A stretch of 64,000 bases of DNA from Seison nebaliae (Eukaryota): positions 1 through 64,000 of the forward strand of contig JALJEE010001321.1 in NCBI GenBank assembly GCA_023231475.1, given 5' to 3'. The position numbers and the translations under genes are program-made. The notes below the pieces were generated by a model that saw nothing but the letters and a program-made list of their open reading frames with translations, searched no databases and was not told where the DNA came from. Of the stretch, positions 1 through 14,473 are shown piece by piece (the stretch's first letter is position 1; every line of letters starts with the position of its first letter).

Positions 1-5
1 ACATA

Positions 6-8
<3 letters not shown>

Positions 9-43
<35 letters not shown>

Positions 44-70
44 GACACACACACACACACACACATACAC
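9..70. repeat. (AC)n microsatellite, slightly interrupted
   Basis: Run of acacac... read directly. Confidence 0.95.
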
Positions 71-2209
71 ATACCAAGCAATAGTATTACTTCTTTGCGA
101 GTATAGTTTATATGAATAAATTTCTCCTATATCACAATACATAAGGATTGCTCTCGATCGAATGTAGATTAGAATGGAAGTTGAATATAATCCCTATCGT
201 TTATTTATATGTTAGCATGTCGTTTAATGTGAAGTAGGCGATGTATCGTGCTTATACATCTTCATTTGAACGATAAACAATTAAATGAGTCTTTTAAATG
301 ATTTATTTTATTCCTATTCTTCCTACTATCCAGCATACTTCTTTCTCCAAAGTTCAAAGACGAATGGAAGAGTAATGACGTCATTCAATTGTCACTTCTC
401 CTTCATTCCTCATTTATTTTGCTTTCGAACACAATAAAGCACAAGATAGAAGTTGAACAGATGTTCAACCATGTTTCCAGAGGAAATTCTCTTCCCTTTC
501 TCCCTATAGTATATATCGACCGCCGAATGCAAACTAATTTCACTAGAGTTCTTCTTCTTCCTTTTCTCCTTCAATTCAACATTTTCACCCGAACATTCCT
601 TCCCACCCGTTTCATCAAACATCCTCCTCATTTCAGTCATTGGCAATTATCCGAGAAAAACTATGTTTCTATCCTACAATTATCGAATATTTATAAGAAT
701 AAAATCACATTTAAAATAAGAGAAAAAATCGATATATATCTGCCTATCCTTTCTCCTTTTAACAGACACTAAATTTGGAGGATTGACGTCATCTTCACCC
801 AAGTCTTCCCTAACGTCAATCCGTTTGTTCCAATGTCCAATTTGGAATTATAGTAGAGTCGATGTTTGTTGAATCATCAGATCAATCATTTTTTATCGAT
901 ATCGATCGGGGAGTTAGTTAATTGGAGAAAAATGAGAGAAGTAAGCTAAAGGTGAATGAAGATGTGATCGTTATCAGGCCAGAAGGAAAGTATTTTTAAT
1001 CGAAATATTTTTATGATTTTGATATTGTTGGAGACTTTGCATGAATTGAAGGAATTATGAAAGAATCTGTATATGTGCTAAAGGGCAGAATTACCTCCTT
1101 AAATAATAGTTGCATACACAAATGCATCGAACGATGGAAATTACTTGCAATCTTCAAGTTCTATGCACACACATTCATTGTGTGCACATATGAAGTGGAA
1201 ATGAATAGGTCTATGTACATTCAGTATCTGCCAGTAAAGAGGAATGATGATAGTTCTTATGAATGAATGCTGCTATATTTTATCCATTTATTTCCTTCTG
1301 TCTCTTTATACAATTCTCTTAACAACATCCCCAATGGTGTGCTCTAAATTATATTTACATTTTCCTTTTTTTCTCATTTCACTTTATATTCTTCCATCAC
1401 ACTTCCATTCTCTCGTGGCCATCTCTTCCATTCCAATCAAATTCCGTTTATTGTTACCGTTCAACTCCTTCTTCTCATCGTCATTAGGAGAAACTGGAAG
1501 AAGTTGAAATCGAATGGAAATGTAAAACAAAATATCATTCTTTCATGTCTCTCGAAAGGATTTTTAATCTTCACGTCCAATTTCATAAAATGAGAATCTC
1601 GTGAAATTAAATTCTTAATCGTTTCTTTAAATTCAAATCATTTTTTGCTGCATCTGAAGAAATTTGAAGAAAATCCTTCGAATAAATATCAAATTTTTCT
1701 CCTTTTCAACTATTCAATTCCGTTTTACTGTATGATGGTTGGATTTAAAAAGAATTCGATCAGAATTAACATCAAATGTCATTAGAACGAGAATAATATC
1801 ATGAGAATTCGTTCCCTCTAGACAAGTAAATTTAGAGACAATTTAAAGAAGAATTATTTCCATAAAAATGAGACATTTGTTGAAATTATTATGAATCTCA
1901 TTCCGTCATAGATCCGACAATTTCCGCTGACATCATGGACGAGTTCATTTGGCAAATTGACGAGTGGTGAATGCATGTTATCTGTTTGAAGAAGGTAATT
2001 CCTAAATGTCTCTCCTCATGAAATTGAGAAATAGTTTTTTAGAGAATTTATAGTTGAAAGAAGAAATTTTATTCGAATTAGTCGTTAAAGGAAGGATATT
2101 AAGTTTCTTTATTCGTCACTAGTGACACCGTTAGTTAATTTCTGTGGATTGATATGATGATAAATAAGAAAGACATTAAACTGATCAGCAATTATTTCTA
2201 TATAATAAT

Positions 2210-2260
2210 AACAACAACAACAACGACGACGACGACGACGACAACAACAACAACAACAAC
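2210..2260. repeat. Compound (ACA)n(ACG)n(ACA)n microsatellite
   Basis: acaacaaca...acgacgacg...acaaca read directly. Confidence 0.9.
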
Positions 2261-2671
2261 ATTCCTATTTTCAATGGCATTAATAGAAAGCAAATTATGT
2301 TTTTGTTCAGAGGAGAATATTATGCAAGATGTTTACTTCTTCTTTGGTAAGCGAAGTCTCTATCCGATTATTTTACTTCTTCTCCTACTAGAGAAGTAGT
2401 TATACGATTTTCTACTTTCTCTTCCTTTCCAATATTCGTTTCCTTCTTTCAGATATGCGCGGACGAAATATACATGTTTGATTGTTGGCATATGTCTCTG
2501 AAGGGGAGGGAGGAGATCCGTCCCCTGGAAGATGTTGTGGATCATCTTGTCCATACTCTCCCATCCCATAGTTCAATCTTTTATATGGTTTCAAATGAAA
2601 TTATAACCGATTCTTAAAATATCTGCATTTTCCCATTCGTTCCTCCCATTCACTACTCACGAACATCCACA

Positions 2672-2696
2672 TGTGTGTGTGTGTGTGTGTGTGTGT
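2672..2696. repeat. (GT)n microsatellite
   Basis: Read directly. Confidence 0.9.
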
Positions 2697-3389
2697 GCTT
2701 AATCTTTTGTCTTTATATAATCTCTGACTAATAACATTAATAATTCTTTCATTTTCACCAATAATAGCTACTGGAATAATGATGAAAATCATCATTATTA
2801 TATTATTAAGCAAATGTTGAATTTTATTCGATTATGGGCGACTAGAGGAGAGGAAAAGCCAATCTCTACGCCGACATGAAGTACCTTCGTATATTTCTCG
2901 TGGCATTATTGGAGTGCAAATAAATGGCTATGTATTAGGATAGATGAGCGGACGGATAAATGGTATACTCGCATCATCTTTAATTCATACATCTTTTCTT
3001 ATCAAGACAATTTCCATTAAAAACTGGAAAATTTTATTTATATTCTCCTCCTCTCTCCCTTCCTCGAAAAAGAAAACCTACTGAACATAATTCGTAAGGG
3101 AAGAAGGAGGACGAATGAGTTATATTATTAATCATTATCATCATCTTCCAACGAGACACATCGTTCATTTGATATGCAGAAATAAGCAATGATGAAGGTG
3201 CAGATGTAGAACAAATAAAAATTAAGAAGTTTGCACATTCACTGCATTGGAATCATACAAATTATTCCATTTCTCTTTCTTCCATTCATCTCTATTTCTT
3301 CAACACCATTCGGGAATAGATTCATGTCGATATATCAAATCTGATGTCTCTACCAATTCCCTCTCAGAAGTACATCATTTGTGCATTCG

Positions 3390-3401
3390 TGTGTATGTGT
3401 G

Positions 3402-3432
<31 letters not shown>
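3390..3432. repeat. Interrupted (GT)n microsatellite
   Basis: gtgtatgtgtgtatatatgtgtgtgt... read directly. Confidence 0.85.
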
Positions 3433-3434
<2 letters not shown>

Positions 3435-4177
3435 TTTGGTGCTTGTAGAGTGCGATAGAAAATAAAAGGAATTTTTAGTTTCATATTCAATATCAACTAA
3501 ATATTACCAACAAATGTTCACAATATGCACAATATATCATTATCGTCAAAAGAGTAGTAGGGGAAGATGGTAGTGTTGGAAGTTGCTTCTTCTCATTTCT
3601 TTCAATCTCCTCCTATTCCCTTTCTAACCATTTAGTTCTGACGTATTCTTCCGATTAAACTATTCGAATTAATTTTCCATATCACACTCTCTCTTCAATA
3701 ATTTAATCATCAATTTTACTTCTTCATTCCTCTCACAGTAGAACGAGGAGATGTCATCATATTCCAGTCGCTCTTTTTCATTATTCCTCTTTTCTCCTGC
3801 CTTCCTATGTTGCTGCGCTGTTTATTTTATATTTTGATGGTCATTACACTTGGCCCCATAGCACGGGCACTTTCTCTCTTTCGCTTTGTTACACTGTGTG
3901 AATTGTCTGTGTGTATGTGTGTGTATATGAGGAGGTCCTCGGTGAGGGCCCTATACTATTCAGCTCTATTCCGATATCACATTTACATAAATTTCTCTTT
4001 AGAAGGATTTCTCCTTTTTTTTATATCGAATTATTTCTCCTTTTTAACATATACTCTTTTTATTATTATTTTCTTGTCCTCGCACATTTCTGATTTTTTT
4101 TCTTCTTAACTAATTCCTCTTTCTCTTGATGCCATGCTTCCATTAACATCATTATCCTCACCACCACCATCACCACC

Positions 4178-4217
<40 letters not shown>

Positions 4218-4260
4218 TAAAAATCATCATCATCATCGTCGTCGTCGTCGTCGTCGTCGT
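4178..4260. repeat. Compound (ATA)n/(CAT)n/(CGT)n microsatellite
   Basis: Read directly. Confidence 0.9.
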
Positions 4261-4484
4261 TCCATTGGTTGTGGAATTTGTTTATGTTGTTACGTACTTT
4301 ACTTATTTCTCCTTTTCCTCTCATCAACGTAACGATTATCTCATTGGAACTTTCCTCTGATATAGTCGATGGTGATAACGTCACATTTCATTCTCCTTTC
4401 ATTCCATCTCAACGACATAATTATAAAATTGACATGTTCAATAAATAATTATCAATCAACTTTTATTGTGTTGAATTATAAAAA

Positions 4485-4520
4485 TATATATATATATATA
4501 GATATATATATATATATATA
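4485..4520. repeat. (AT)n microsatellite
   Basis: Read directly. Confidence 0.9.
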
Positions 4521-5128
4521 AATCAGTTTGATTCAGTTCTATCGACGTCTAGCTAGATTGGAAAAGTATTCCTGTCCGTCATCATCCTCCGACTTCTATT
4601 TTCTTTAAATAAATTCTTCAAATTCTCTCAAAGAACATATTCTCATTTACTAATAATTCATTTGGAAAAATTTCTCTTTCAACAGAATGATGACATCAAT
4701 TACGAATGATAAATATCGAATTATATAGGTTTACCCCCATATATTTTGGCAGGTAATTTGAATAGAAGACGTATCGATCTGTGTCTCACTTTCGATCCGG
4801 TCAGGAGGCAGCAGCAGCACCAGCATCATCATCAGAAGAAATAGCAGCATCATCAGAAGAAATAGGAGCAGCAATCGAAGAAATTATTGTTGTTCATTTT
4901 CAAAGGAAACGATTCACTTTCTCCTCAACCAAACGAATAATCATTGAGAAAGAAACATTGACAAATCATCATAATAAATTGTGAGAGAATAATTATCATT
5001 GAACAATTTCATATCAACGAACAGATCTCTAGTTCATTGGAAGAGAGATCGAAGAGAATTATAATCAATTTCGGAAGTATTATCATTCTTTCCATCTCAC
5101 CCATACACCAAATCAATAATCAGTTAAA

Positions 5129-6367
<1,239 letters not shown>

Positions 6368-6974
6368 AGTGCGCTTGTACAAAAAACTAAAATATTCAAA
6401 CAAGAAATTTGAGGTTGAAAATATTCAAAGAAAAATTGATTTTTATTTTCTTGAAAACATTTCAAATTATTTATTATCTATCATTAATGTCATCTGCATC
6501 ATCATCTTCTTCATCCACATTATTATTATTAACCTTTTCTCTCATCTTTCATTCAACTATTAATTATTATTTTCCTATTTATTTCCAACTATCCAATAAT
6601 GACAATTGATGCATCGGACCTCTTCATCATCATCATCATCATCATCATCTTAATTATCATCATCACAACTATCTGTCTCTTTTACAATTTGGACATAATT
6701 CCTATTCATCTACGAGTTACGAGAACAACAAAAGACAATAAGAGTAACGGAAAACGAAAATTTCCAATTTCATCCGTCGTCCTCGATGCACTACCACCAA
6801 ACCAATTCTAATCGTTTGTTCCAAATAATCAAAGAACAAATTCTCTCAATTCGTTTTGATGAAATTGAAAGCAATGTTTTGAGAATGAACATCCATCGGA
6901 TCTGTAGAAGATGATCTAGAAATTAATCCATCTAACATCATATAATCCAAATTTCATATCAACACAATCTACAC

Positions 6975-6975
<1 letters not shown>

Positions 6976-7008
<33 letters not shown>
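6976..7008. repeat. (CA)n microsatellite downstream of G-beta
   Basis: Read directly. Confidence 0.9.
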
Positions 7009-7009
<1 letters not shown>

Positions 7010-7382
7010 CCCACACGAATCTAATGGATATTGCTCATCGTTAAATGATAAAATTTTATTATTTTTTCTTTTCTCTCAAACGAAACACTTCATATTCCAA
7101 TTCATATGATTGCCATTATCCTCCACCATCTCCATCTATTCTCCATCTGTCTCCACGATTGTCGACGGTATGTGGAAGGATGTGGAAATCATCTCCAAAA
7201 TTTCATGATATTCCTCTCCTCTCATTCGCGACAACCGTCTCTATTTCCAACCAAACATCCTTAATGATCTGATGAGGAGAATGCTCCTTCCTTTCCACCA
7301 AAACACACCAAATCATTAATTTATGATCGAGATTAGAAACTTCCTCTTCAACATTCTCATTCAACTACAATTGCGCACTCAA

Positions 7383-7392
7383 ACACATATAC

Positions 7393-7425
<33 letters not shown>

Positions 7426-7431
7426 TACACA
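7383..7431. repeat. Interrupted (CA)n microsatellite
   Basis: Read directly. Confidence 0.85.
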
Positions 7432-9468
7432 TCATAACACATTAACAATACACTCATGTACACTAAAAAAAAAAATAGAAGAATACAAAACAAATCAGAT
7501 ATATTTGATTCAATGATGAAAGATGCATTCTTCTTCTCCAATTTTTCTTCATTTCATTTTATTCAGCTTTCCTTTATTTCTCTCTTTCGGTCTCAATCAC
7601 GCACAAATCATTCACATCCAATGACATCGTGTTAAATGTTAAACGAGTTCTGCTGATTTTTCTTCTTCTTCTTCTTGCTGAAGCAAAAAAGAAAAAGTTT
7701 TCTTTCGTCTCAAACGATCCTCATTTGAATAACTGATTCTAAATTAATCGATCGGTATTGATCGTCGAGTTATTGAGGATCTACTCAATCCAATCTATCA
7801 ATCGTCACACACATCGTCACAATCAGTCAAAGTCTTTCGTTCCTCTTGTCACACTTATTGTTGTTTATTGATCGACTAAATTATAAAAACATTTCCCTTT
7901 TTTCGCTGTTTGCTTAAATGATTTTCCATAATTTTCATTTTCAAACAAATCTTTCTCTCCGCCACTTTCCTCCATCCATTATCTTTATCGATTGATGAGA
8001 TTAGCCATATATACACGAAATCTAAGAGATCTGCACCGAAATATTGAGATTTCTTTAGATCAATTTTATTTTGAATTAAAACAGAGACATCGCTCTCGTC
8101 GTTCGTACAATGGAATTTTTCTAGAAAAAAACCATATCTCTCTCTCTTTCTCTTTCTCTCTCTCTATCTCTCTATCTATCTATCTCTCCAACACCATCCA
8201 CAATATATTGTTATGTAATTTATTGATAATTACGAATGTATACACCAACTCCACTTCACTCCACTCACAATAGATAACTGAAACAAGAAATGGATTAATC
8301 GTACAAAATTTCTAGTCTTTTCACATTTCATCTTCGAATCCATTACAAGTTAATCGATGATCAATTTTCATCGAATGTTTTCATTCTCATCTTCCTTCAA
8401 CCACCATCACCACTACAATCTCACGGTCAGCGCCAACTGTTGTTTAGAGCGTTCGACTTTCTCGTCCCAATTATCGACATTCTACATCTTTCTTTCTCCC
8501 GATTCTACTTCCATCATCTTCCATTCGAAATTGATGGAATGGATTCGTCTGTTGAAACTTTCCACATTTCAACAGAAGAAAAACCATCTTTATGATATCT
8601 CATCGGATTATGAGGGTGATTCGATGAACATACGATATCTTCTAATAACATCTTTCCTACATTTCTCCCATTTCCACCCATGTCCATCGGGACGATGAGA
8701 CGAACAGAACAGACGCGACTGGAATGACCGTTTCAATTCTACGAAATTTTTCTTCTTTTTTCATTCGATAATTTTATTCAACTTTTCTTTAAAAAAAAAT
8801 GTTCATTTGATCAATTTTTGTCAAAAAATTCGAGTAAAACTATAATGAGACATATCGACCAACGATCGCGTCTCATCATATTGAATGATGCAATCATGTC
8901 AAATAATTCTCTTCCACACACTCATCTCCTCTCTCTCTCTCTCTCTCTCTTCCCACTCATTCAACACATCAAATATAAATATCCCAAATTGTACGCACGA
9001 AAAATTGAAGATATGTCAGAGAAAGAGAGAACGAGTGAAAAATTTTGAATGTGAATCCCGATTCAGATTCGAATAATAATGTTCATTCATCTTCTCATCT
9101 CATCTCCTCCTCCCCCCTAAACACAAGAGAATTATATATTTATATCGCTCATCCATTCTTACACACACATACACAAACACACGCACAAACGCACACTAAA
9201 CGCCGTGTTTATCATCAATACAGACATATAATTTCTATTCATTGAAACACAGAAAATATTTCTAATAATGAATCATTTCTATAAATATTATTATCACCAT
9301 CAGAACGATGATTATTATTATTATTTTATTTATTTACAAGAAAAAAACATTATTTTACAAATGAAATAAAATTCGATTGTTGTTACTAAAAAAATCTTTT
9401 TCAACTTCCATTTTGTAGGAGGAAGGGAATTTAAAGGAAAAACTGTTCAATCATCACCCTCCAAAATT

Positions 9469-9822
9469 CTAATGTACTCCAATTGCGTTGCCATCGTCCG
9501 TCTAAGAGAAATGAGGAAATTGTAAAAATAAAAGAAACGAACCGTCGCTTCTAAATATTCCACGAGATTTTCAAGTCTTTCCAATTTTTCATTTAATTTC
9601 GCTAAATTGTCTTTGCAATACGCATCTAAAGAAGATGGTGGGAAATCGTTAGAAGATTGTTAGACATGTTAGAAGGAAAGCATTACCAAAATAATTGATG
9701 AAATTACAAAGTTTCTTTAGACTGTCTGACAATTTTGCAATCGATTCACGATCGTTCCAATCCTGTTGAATTTCATCTGTTAATCTTTCGTTTCTGTCAT
9801 CCGTCCCATGTTTTTCCATCAT
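9469..9822 (-). CDS. BRK1: BRICK1/HSPC300 subunit of the WAVE regulatory complex, 3 exons; introns 9686-9626 and 9542-9502
   Basis: Spliced product MMEKHGTDDRNERLTDEIQQDWNDRESIAKLSDSLKKLCNFINYFDAYCKDNLAKLNEKLERLENLVEYLEATTDDGNAIGVH*. It matches BRK1 motifs EIxQDWxxRE, FDxxC and LNEKLxxLExxxEYxEA. Not in the ORF track. Confidence 0.93.
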
Positions 9823-10071
9823 ATTAATGATTATATTCCCTCAATTCTCTCTTGTCTTTCTCAATTGGAAAATAGAATAAACAAAAAATAAATAAATGAA
9901 CATTTAATTATCATGGTTAGACTGAAAGATTTGAATGGGAAATATATTTGAGATGATTTTTCTCATTTATTATTTGTTATTGTAAATTTGGAATTTGAAA
10001 AATTGTTGGAGTTGTGGCTCTTTTCTATCATTTTTTTACCATGAGAATAATGAATCTTTAATGAAAATAAA

Positions 10072-12021
10072 ATGAAATTTTTTCGTTTTTTATTTTCGGT
10101 GAAACAATTCGATGTGATTGTAGTGGGAGGTGGTCATGCCGGATGTGAAAGTGCGGCAGCTGCTACTCGTATGAATAGACGAACGTTACTGATAACTCAG
10201 GACATTGAGAAGATTGGAGAGATGTCATGTAATCCATCATTTGGGGGAATTGGTAAAGGTCATCTCATGATGGAAATTGATGCACTTGATGGAATTATTG
10301 GACGTGTTTGTGATAAAGGTGGAATTCATTTTAAAATGTTAAATCGGAGTCGTGGTCCTGCTGTTCATGGACCTCGTGCACAAATGGACAGGAAATTATT
10401 CAAGAAATATATGCAAGAAGAAATGATGAATCATCAATCGATGGGTCTCCAAATGATTGAGAATGAAGTGAAAGATCTTCTTATTAAGAATATAAATGGG
10501 AAATTAATCTGTGAAGGAATTCAGATGAAAAATAATGAAAAGATTTTTAGTAAATCAACAATAATAACAACAGGAACATTTTTGAATGGGGAAATTTTCA
10601 TTGGAAATAAAGTGCGAAATAATGGACGTTTGGGACAGTCATCGTCGAACGAATTAGCCCAAACTTTCTACAAGTTAAAATTCGAAATAGGAAGATTGAA
10701 AACGGGAACGCCTCCTCGAATTGTTGGATCGTCTATTGATTTAAGTGGAATGATCGAACATAAAGCGGATAATCTTCCAAAACCGTTTTCTTATTTAAAC
10801 GACAAAGTTTTAATTTCACCCTCCCATCAATTGTCTTGTTATTTAACACAAACGAAACCGGAATTGAGTGATATTGTTGAAGAGAGTTTAGATGAAAATC
10901 TCCATGTCACACAAGAAGTGACTGGTCCTCGATATTGTCCGTCAATTGAATCGAAAATTTTGAAATTTCCCCAAATTAAGAAACATCAAATTTGGATGGA
11001 ACCGGAAGGATTTGATACGGATCTTTATTATCCACAAGGCTTATCTTGTACGATGAATGAGAAGTTGCAAGATCGTGTAATTCGATCAGTTGATGGTTGT
11101 GAACGTGCAGAGATCGCTCAATATGGTTATGGTGTTCAATATGATTTCATTCATCCAACTCAATTGAAGAGGAATTTAGAAACGAGAAAAGTGAAAAATC
11201 TCTTTCTCGCTGGTCAAATTAATGGTACGACTGGATATGAGGAAGCAGCGGCTCAAGGAATTATCGCTGGAATTAATGGAGCGATCGGTTCCAATCAGTC
11301 GACTGATTTTTTCAATATTTCTCGTGTCGACGGTTATATCGGAGTGATGATTGATGATTTGACCACACGTGGAACAATTGAACCTTATCGAATGTTCACT
11401 AGTCGTTCAGAATTTCGTTTGTCTTTTCGACCTGATAATGCGGATGAAAGATTGACGGAATTGGGTGAGAGATATGGTTGTGTGTCGACTTATCGTCTGG
11501 AACGATATTATGAACAAAAGAAGAAATTGAAGAAATTGAAAGAATTACTGAAGAATTACTCTTATAAATTAAGTGATTGGTTGTCGATTTGTGAAGAGGT
11601 GAGAGTAGTGAAGAATGTGGATCGACCAAAATCGGCATATGATCTTTTCAAAGATCCCAAATTTTATTCTAATCAATTAATATTAAGTTATTTGAAGAAG
11701 AAGTTAGTGAATGAGGAAGAATTGAAATTAATCGAACAATTACGAGTTGATCGACATTTATTACATCGATTATCAACATCCATTATATATGAACGGTTGG
11801 AGGAATTGCAAGCGAATGAAATGCAGAAAATTAAAGACGATGAAAAAATTATTATTCCGGAGAATTTCAATTATACAAAACTCCATCCAATATCGATGGA
11901 ATTACGAGAGAAATTAAACAAATATCAACCACAATCGTTAGCAGCAGCGTCACATATTCCTGGCATGACGCCAGCGGCATTGCTGAATTTATTACAACAT
12001 TTGAAAATGTTGAAAGTTTAA
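10072..12021 (+). CDS. MTO1: Mitochondrial tRNA modification enzyme MTO1 (GidA/MnmG family), intronless
   Basis: FDVIVVGGGHAGCE, MSCNPSFGGIGKG, RLKTGTPPR, GPRYCPSIESK, AGQINGTTGYEEAAAQG and EPYRMFTSRSEFRL motifs, plus a short presequence-like N-terminus. Confidence 0.97.
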   Translation: MKFFRFLFSVKQFDVIVVGGGHAGCESAAAATRMNRRTLLITQDIEKIGEMSCNPSFGGIGKGHLMMEIDALDGIIGRVCDKGGIHFKMLNRSRGPAVHGPRAQMDRKLFKKYMQEEMMNHQSMGLQMIENEVKDLLIKNINGKLICEGIQMKNNEKIFSKSTIITTGTFLNGEIFIGNKVRNNGRLGQSSSNELAQTFYKLKFEIGRLKTGTPPRIVGSSIDLSGMIEHKADNLPKPFSYLNDKVLISPSHQLSCYLTQTKPELSDIVEESLDENLHVTQEVTGPRYCPSIESKILKFPQIKKHQIWMEPEGFDTDLYYPQGLSCTMNEKLQDRVIRSVDGCERAEIAQYGYGVQYDFIHPTQLKRNLETRKVKNLFLAGQINGTTGYEEAAAQGIIAGINGAIGSNQSTDFFNISRVDGYIGVMIDDLTTRGTIEPYRMFTSRSEFRLSFRPDNADERLTELGERYGCVSTYRLERYYEQKKKLKKLKELLKNYSYKLSDWLSICEEVRVVKNVDRPKSAYDLFKDPKFYSNQLILSYLKKKLVNEEELKLIEQLRVDRHLLHRLSTSIIYERLEELQANEMQKIKDDEKIIIPENFNYTKLHPISMELREKLNKYQPQSLAAASHIPGMTPAALLNLLQHLKMLKV

Positions 12022-13448
12022 TTCCATCCCCGAATCACAATATATTCCGCCATTTTATGTTTATCAACTGTATGAATTAAAGATATTCGATAAAAAAAAT
12101 GAATAATGAGAAAAATAACCTTGAATTGAATCTCGACCACCATATGTTATATAAGGGAACATCTTATTCGAATCATACCAAGAGATCGAATTAAGACATG
12201 TATAATATTTATCATGGGCTAACATGAAGAATTGAGTTAGTTTGCAACTAACGTATATTTTGTAGAACGATAATCGTCTCGGCATATTTCTGTTAAGTTT
12301 CCAAATGAATTACATTTGAAAAATGAAGAAAAGTCGAACCGATAAAATTCCAATAGAACATCAGCAAAATCAGATACTTGCCAATTCAAATTATCTGTAA
12401 TAACATTAATAATTTTATTATTCTGGAACCATTTGAAGTCGTCGGGAGACGAATCGACATCTTTGAAGATTATCTGGATAACTCGATTGTTCGATGCATA
12501 AACTTCATATGAATACTAATTATCATTTTCAATAAACTCATCAAATCAATAGAGATTAATAAAAGTTGTTTAACTCTTTTGAATGTGGTAGTTGGAGATA
12601 ATATTCTCTTAAAATGATGAGCCGTTGGCGATGACGAGTACAATAATGAAATATCCGATCCAGATTTAGTTGGACCTATTTCTTCAATCTGATGACCGTT
12701 ATGTCCTCGCACCAAATAAATTATATCATCCCCATTTCTCAAAAACGGTTTTGGAGACTTATTCCAATGAGATCGACTACAAACATTTCTTCTCAAGTAG
12801 AATTTATGATTGAAATAATTTAGTCGATCATCATAAATGCTGAGATCATCATCATTCTTCCGATATACGATCAACTGACAATTTGTCGCTTTCACATAAA
12901 AACCGTAACAGACGTTCATTTGATGATTGGTGCAAGAATTCGCACAAAAAACTCCAGTTTCTGTTGTTCCAACGGGAATTGGAATCGTTTCGAAAATACA
13001 TTCATGATTCATTTCATCATTAATCTCATAATAATTGAATTCTTCATAACTCAACTGAAGAGAATAAATTAAAAATGGAAATTAAAGTGTTAATAAAAAC
13101 TTCTAATATTTTTCGTTCACATCGAACACCAGTCAAACCGGATGATCGATTCGAATTAGTCATCGATCTATAAACTCTGTCTTGTGTGTTTATTTCACAG
13201 AAAGTTGATAATCTGACTATTTTGTTTTGATAACCAGATAAACGGTATTTTATCAATCCCGTCCAATGATCATAGACTGTAGCGAATTCATTTCCATTCT
13301 CCACCGGAAAAGCGTTATACAAACGACAATGAGATATTGCATCATTGAAAGAAAATAAATTTTCAATATCAAACAATGGACAATTAGTAGCGAGAATGAC
13401 GGAAATACATAAAATAATGATGATGTTCACTATCCGTGTTAATATCAT
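12018..13448 (-). CDS. Uncharacterised secreted multi-domain protein, 5 exons; introns 13100-13055, 12574-12516, 12339-12290, 12119-12068
   Basis: Signal peptide MILTRIVNIIIILCISVILA. Four 46-59 nt GTT-AG introns join the ORF fragments into one open frame ending ...KMAEYIVIRGWN*. It has a C-type-lectin-like start (FNDAISHC...HWTGL) and a PAN/apple-like Cys pattern (CANSC...CYGF...C). Confidence 0.75.
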
Positions 13449-14460
13449 CACAATGTATTTGTTAGTTTTTGCCAGTATCAACCAATATAATTTTAATAAG
13501 AAATGTTTGGATTAACTCTTCAATTTCCCTATTACTATGACAATTCATTAATTTTTCCCCTTCGTTTTTACCATTCTTTCATAAATTCTCCTCATAAAAA
13601 TAAATATTTGTTCAATGACAAATATTTTTCAAGAATTGAAACGGATGTTGTGTATTTTCAGAAAAATTCAATGTGATTGCAGAAGAACTTAACTCATAAA
13701 TATGTTGTTAATTTATTTGTCCAATGGAGAAAAAGCAAAAAACGAAATTTATATGATTTACAATAAACTATCGATATACAATAAAAAACTCGAACTATCG
13801 ATTATTTTCTTATTGTTAGTTTAAAGAAAAGTGTTCAATAAAAGATTAGAATTATATATGTCAAAATATATATATTGTTCTATCTGTTGTAAAAGACTAA
13901 AAAAAGAGATATTATTATAGTTATCGAAACTGTTCCTATTTAAAATATTTTTTTTTTTTTTTTTTTTTTTATTTATTGTAAAATCAAATCCCCTCGGGTA
14001 AATTAAAAAGAAAATTAGATAGATCACTGTACATGTTATCAGTGATAAATTTTCTATCAACGTCGATTTTATCTCTTAAATAATCCATCTAATTTATAAT
14101 TTTATAATTGTTCCCAATAATTAACATTCAGTGATAAATTAAAACAGTTTAAAAGTGAGACGTTTGAAGCGTAGGGGTTTTTACTGTACTAATAAGGTTT
14201 GACAAAAATGTAATTAAAAATGGAAGTACTGATTTTCCAAAATTCCAAAAGTAAGAAATTTCAAATAGATTTCAAAAAATTTTCCAATAAAAGTACAAAC
14301 AAATAAATAAGTGATAAAAGAGTGATTGAAGAAAAAAGTGTATTTCGATCAACAGTGGAAATGAGATCAAAGAAAGAATTGCAGCTTAATTTTAAAAATG
14401 GACAAAGTTCAAAAATTGGGAAAATGTTTTCGAAACGTCTTTTTAAGTAGTATAATGAAG

Positions 14461-14473
14461 GTAACTTAGCAAC
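14461..14473 (+). promoter_or_regulatory. Putative RFX-binding X-box upstream of DNAH2
   Basis: GTAACTTAGCAAC fits GTNRC(N)nRGYAAC and lies about 100 bp 5' of a ciliary gene start. Confidence 0.6.

Noticed and set aside
389..4984. Short ORFs upstream of G-beta (poly-T, poly-D/Y, CVCV peptides)
   Set aside because: They are translations of microsatellites and AT-rich sequence, with no homology or coherent exon chain.
6369..9245. Plus-strand ORFs downstream of G-beta
   Set aside because: Low-complexity UTR-like sequence with no recognisable protein features.
10072..12021. Bacterial gidA by horizontal transfer or contamination
   Set aside because: It has a presequence-like N-terminus, host-like composition and intron-containing neighbours, which fit nuclear MTO1.
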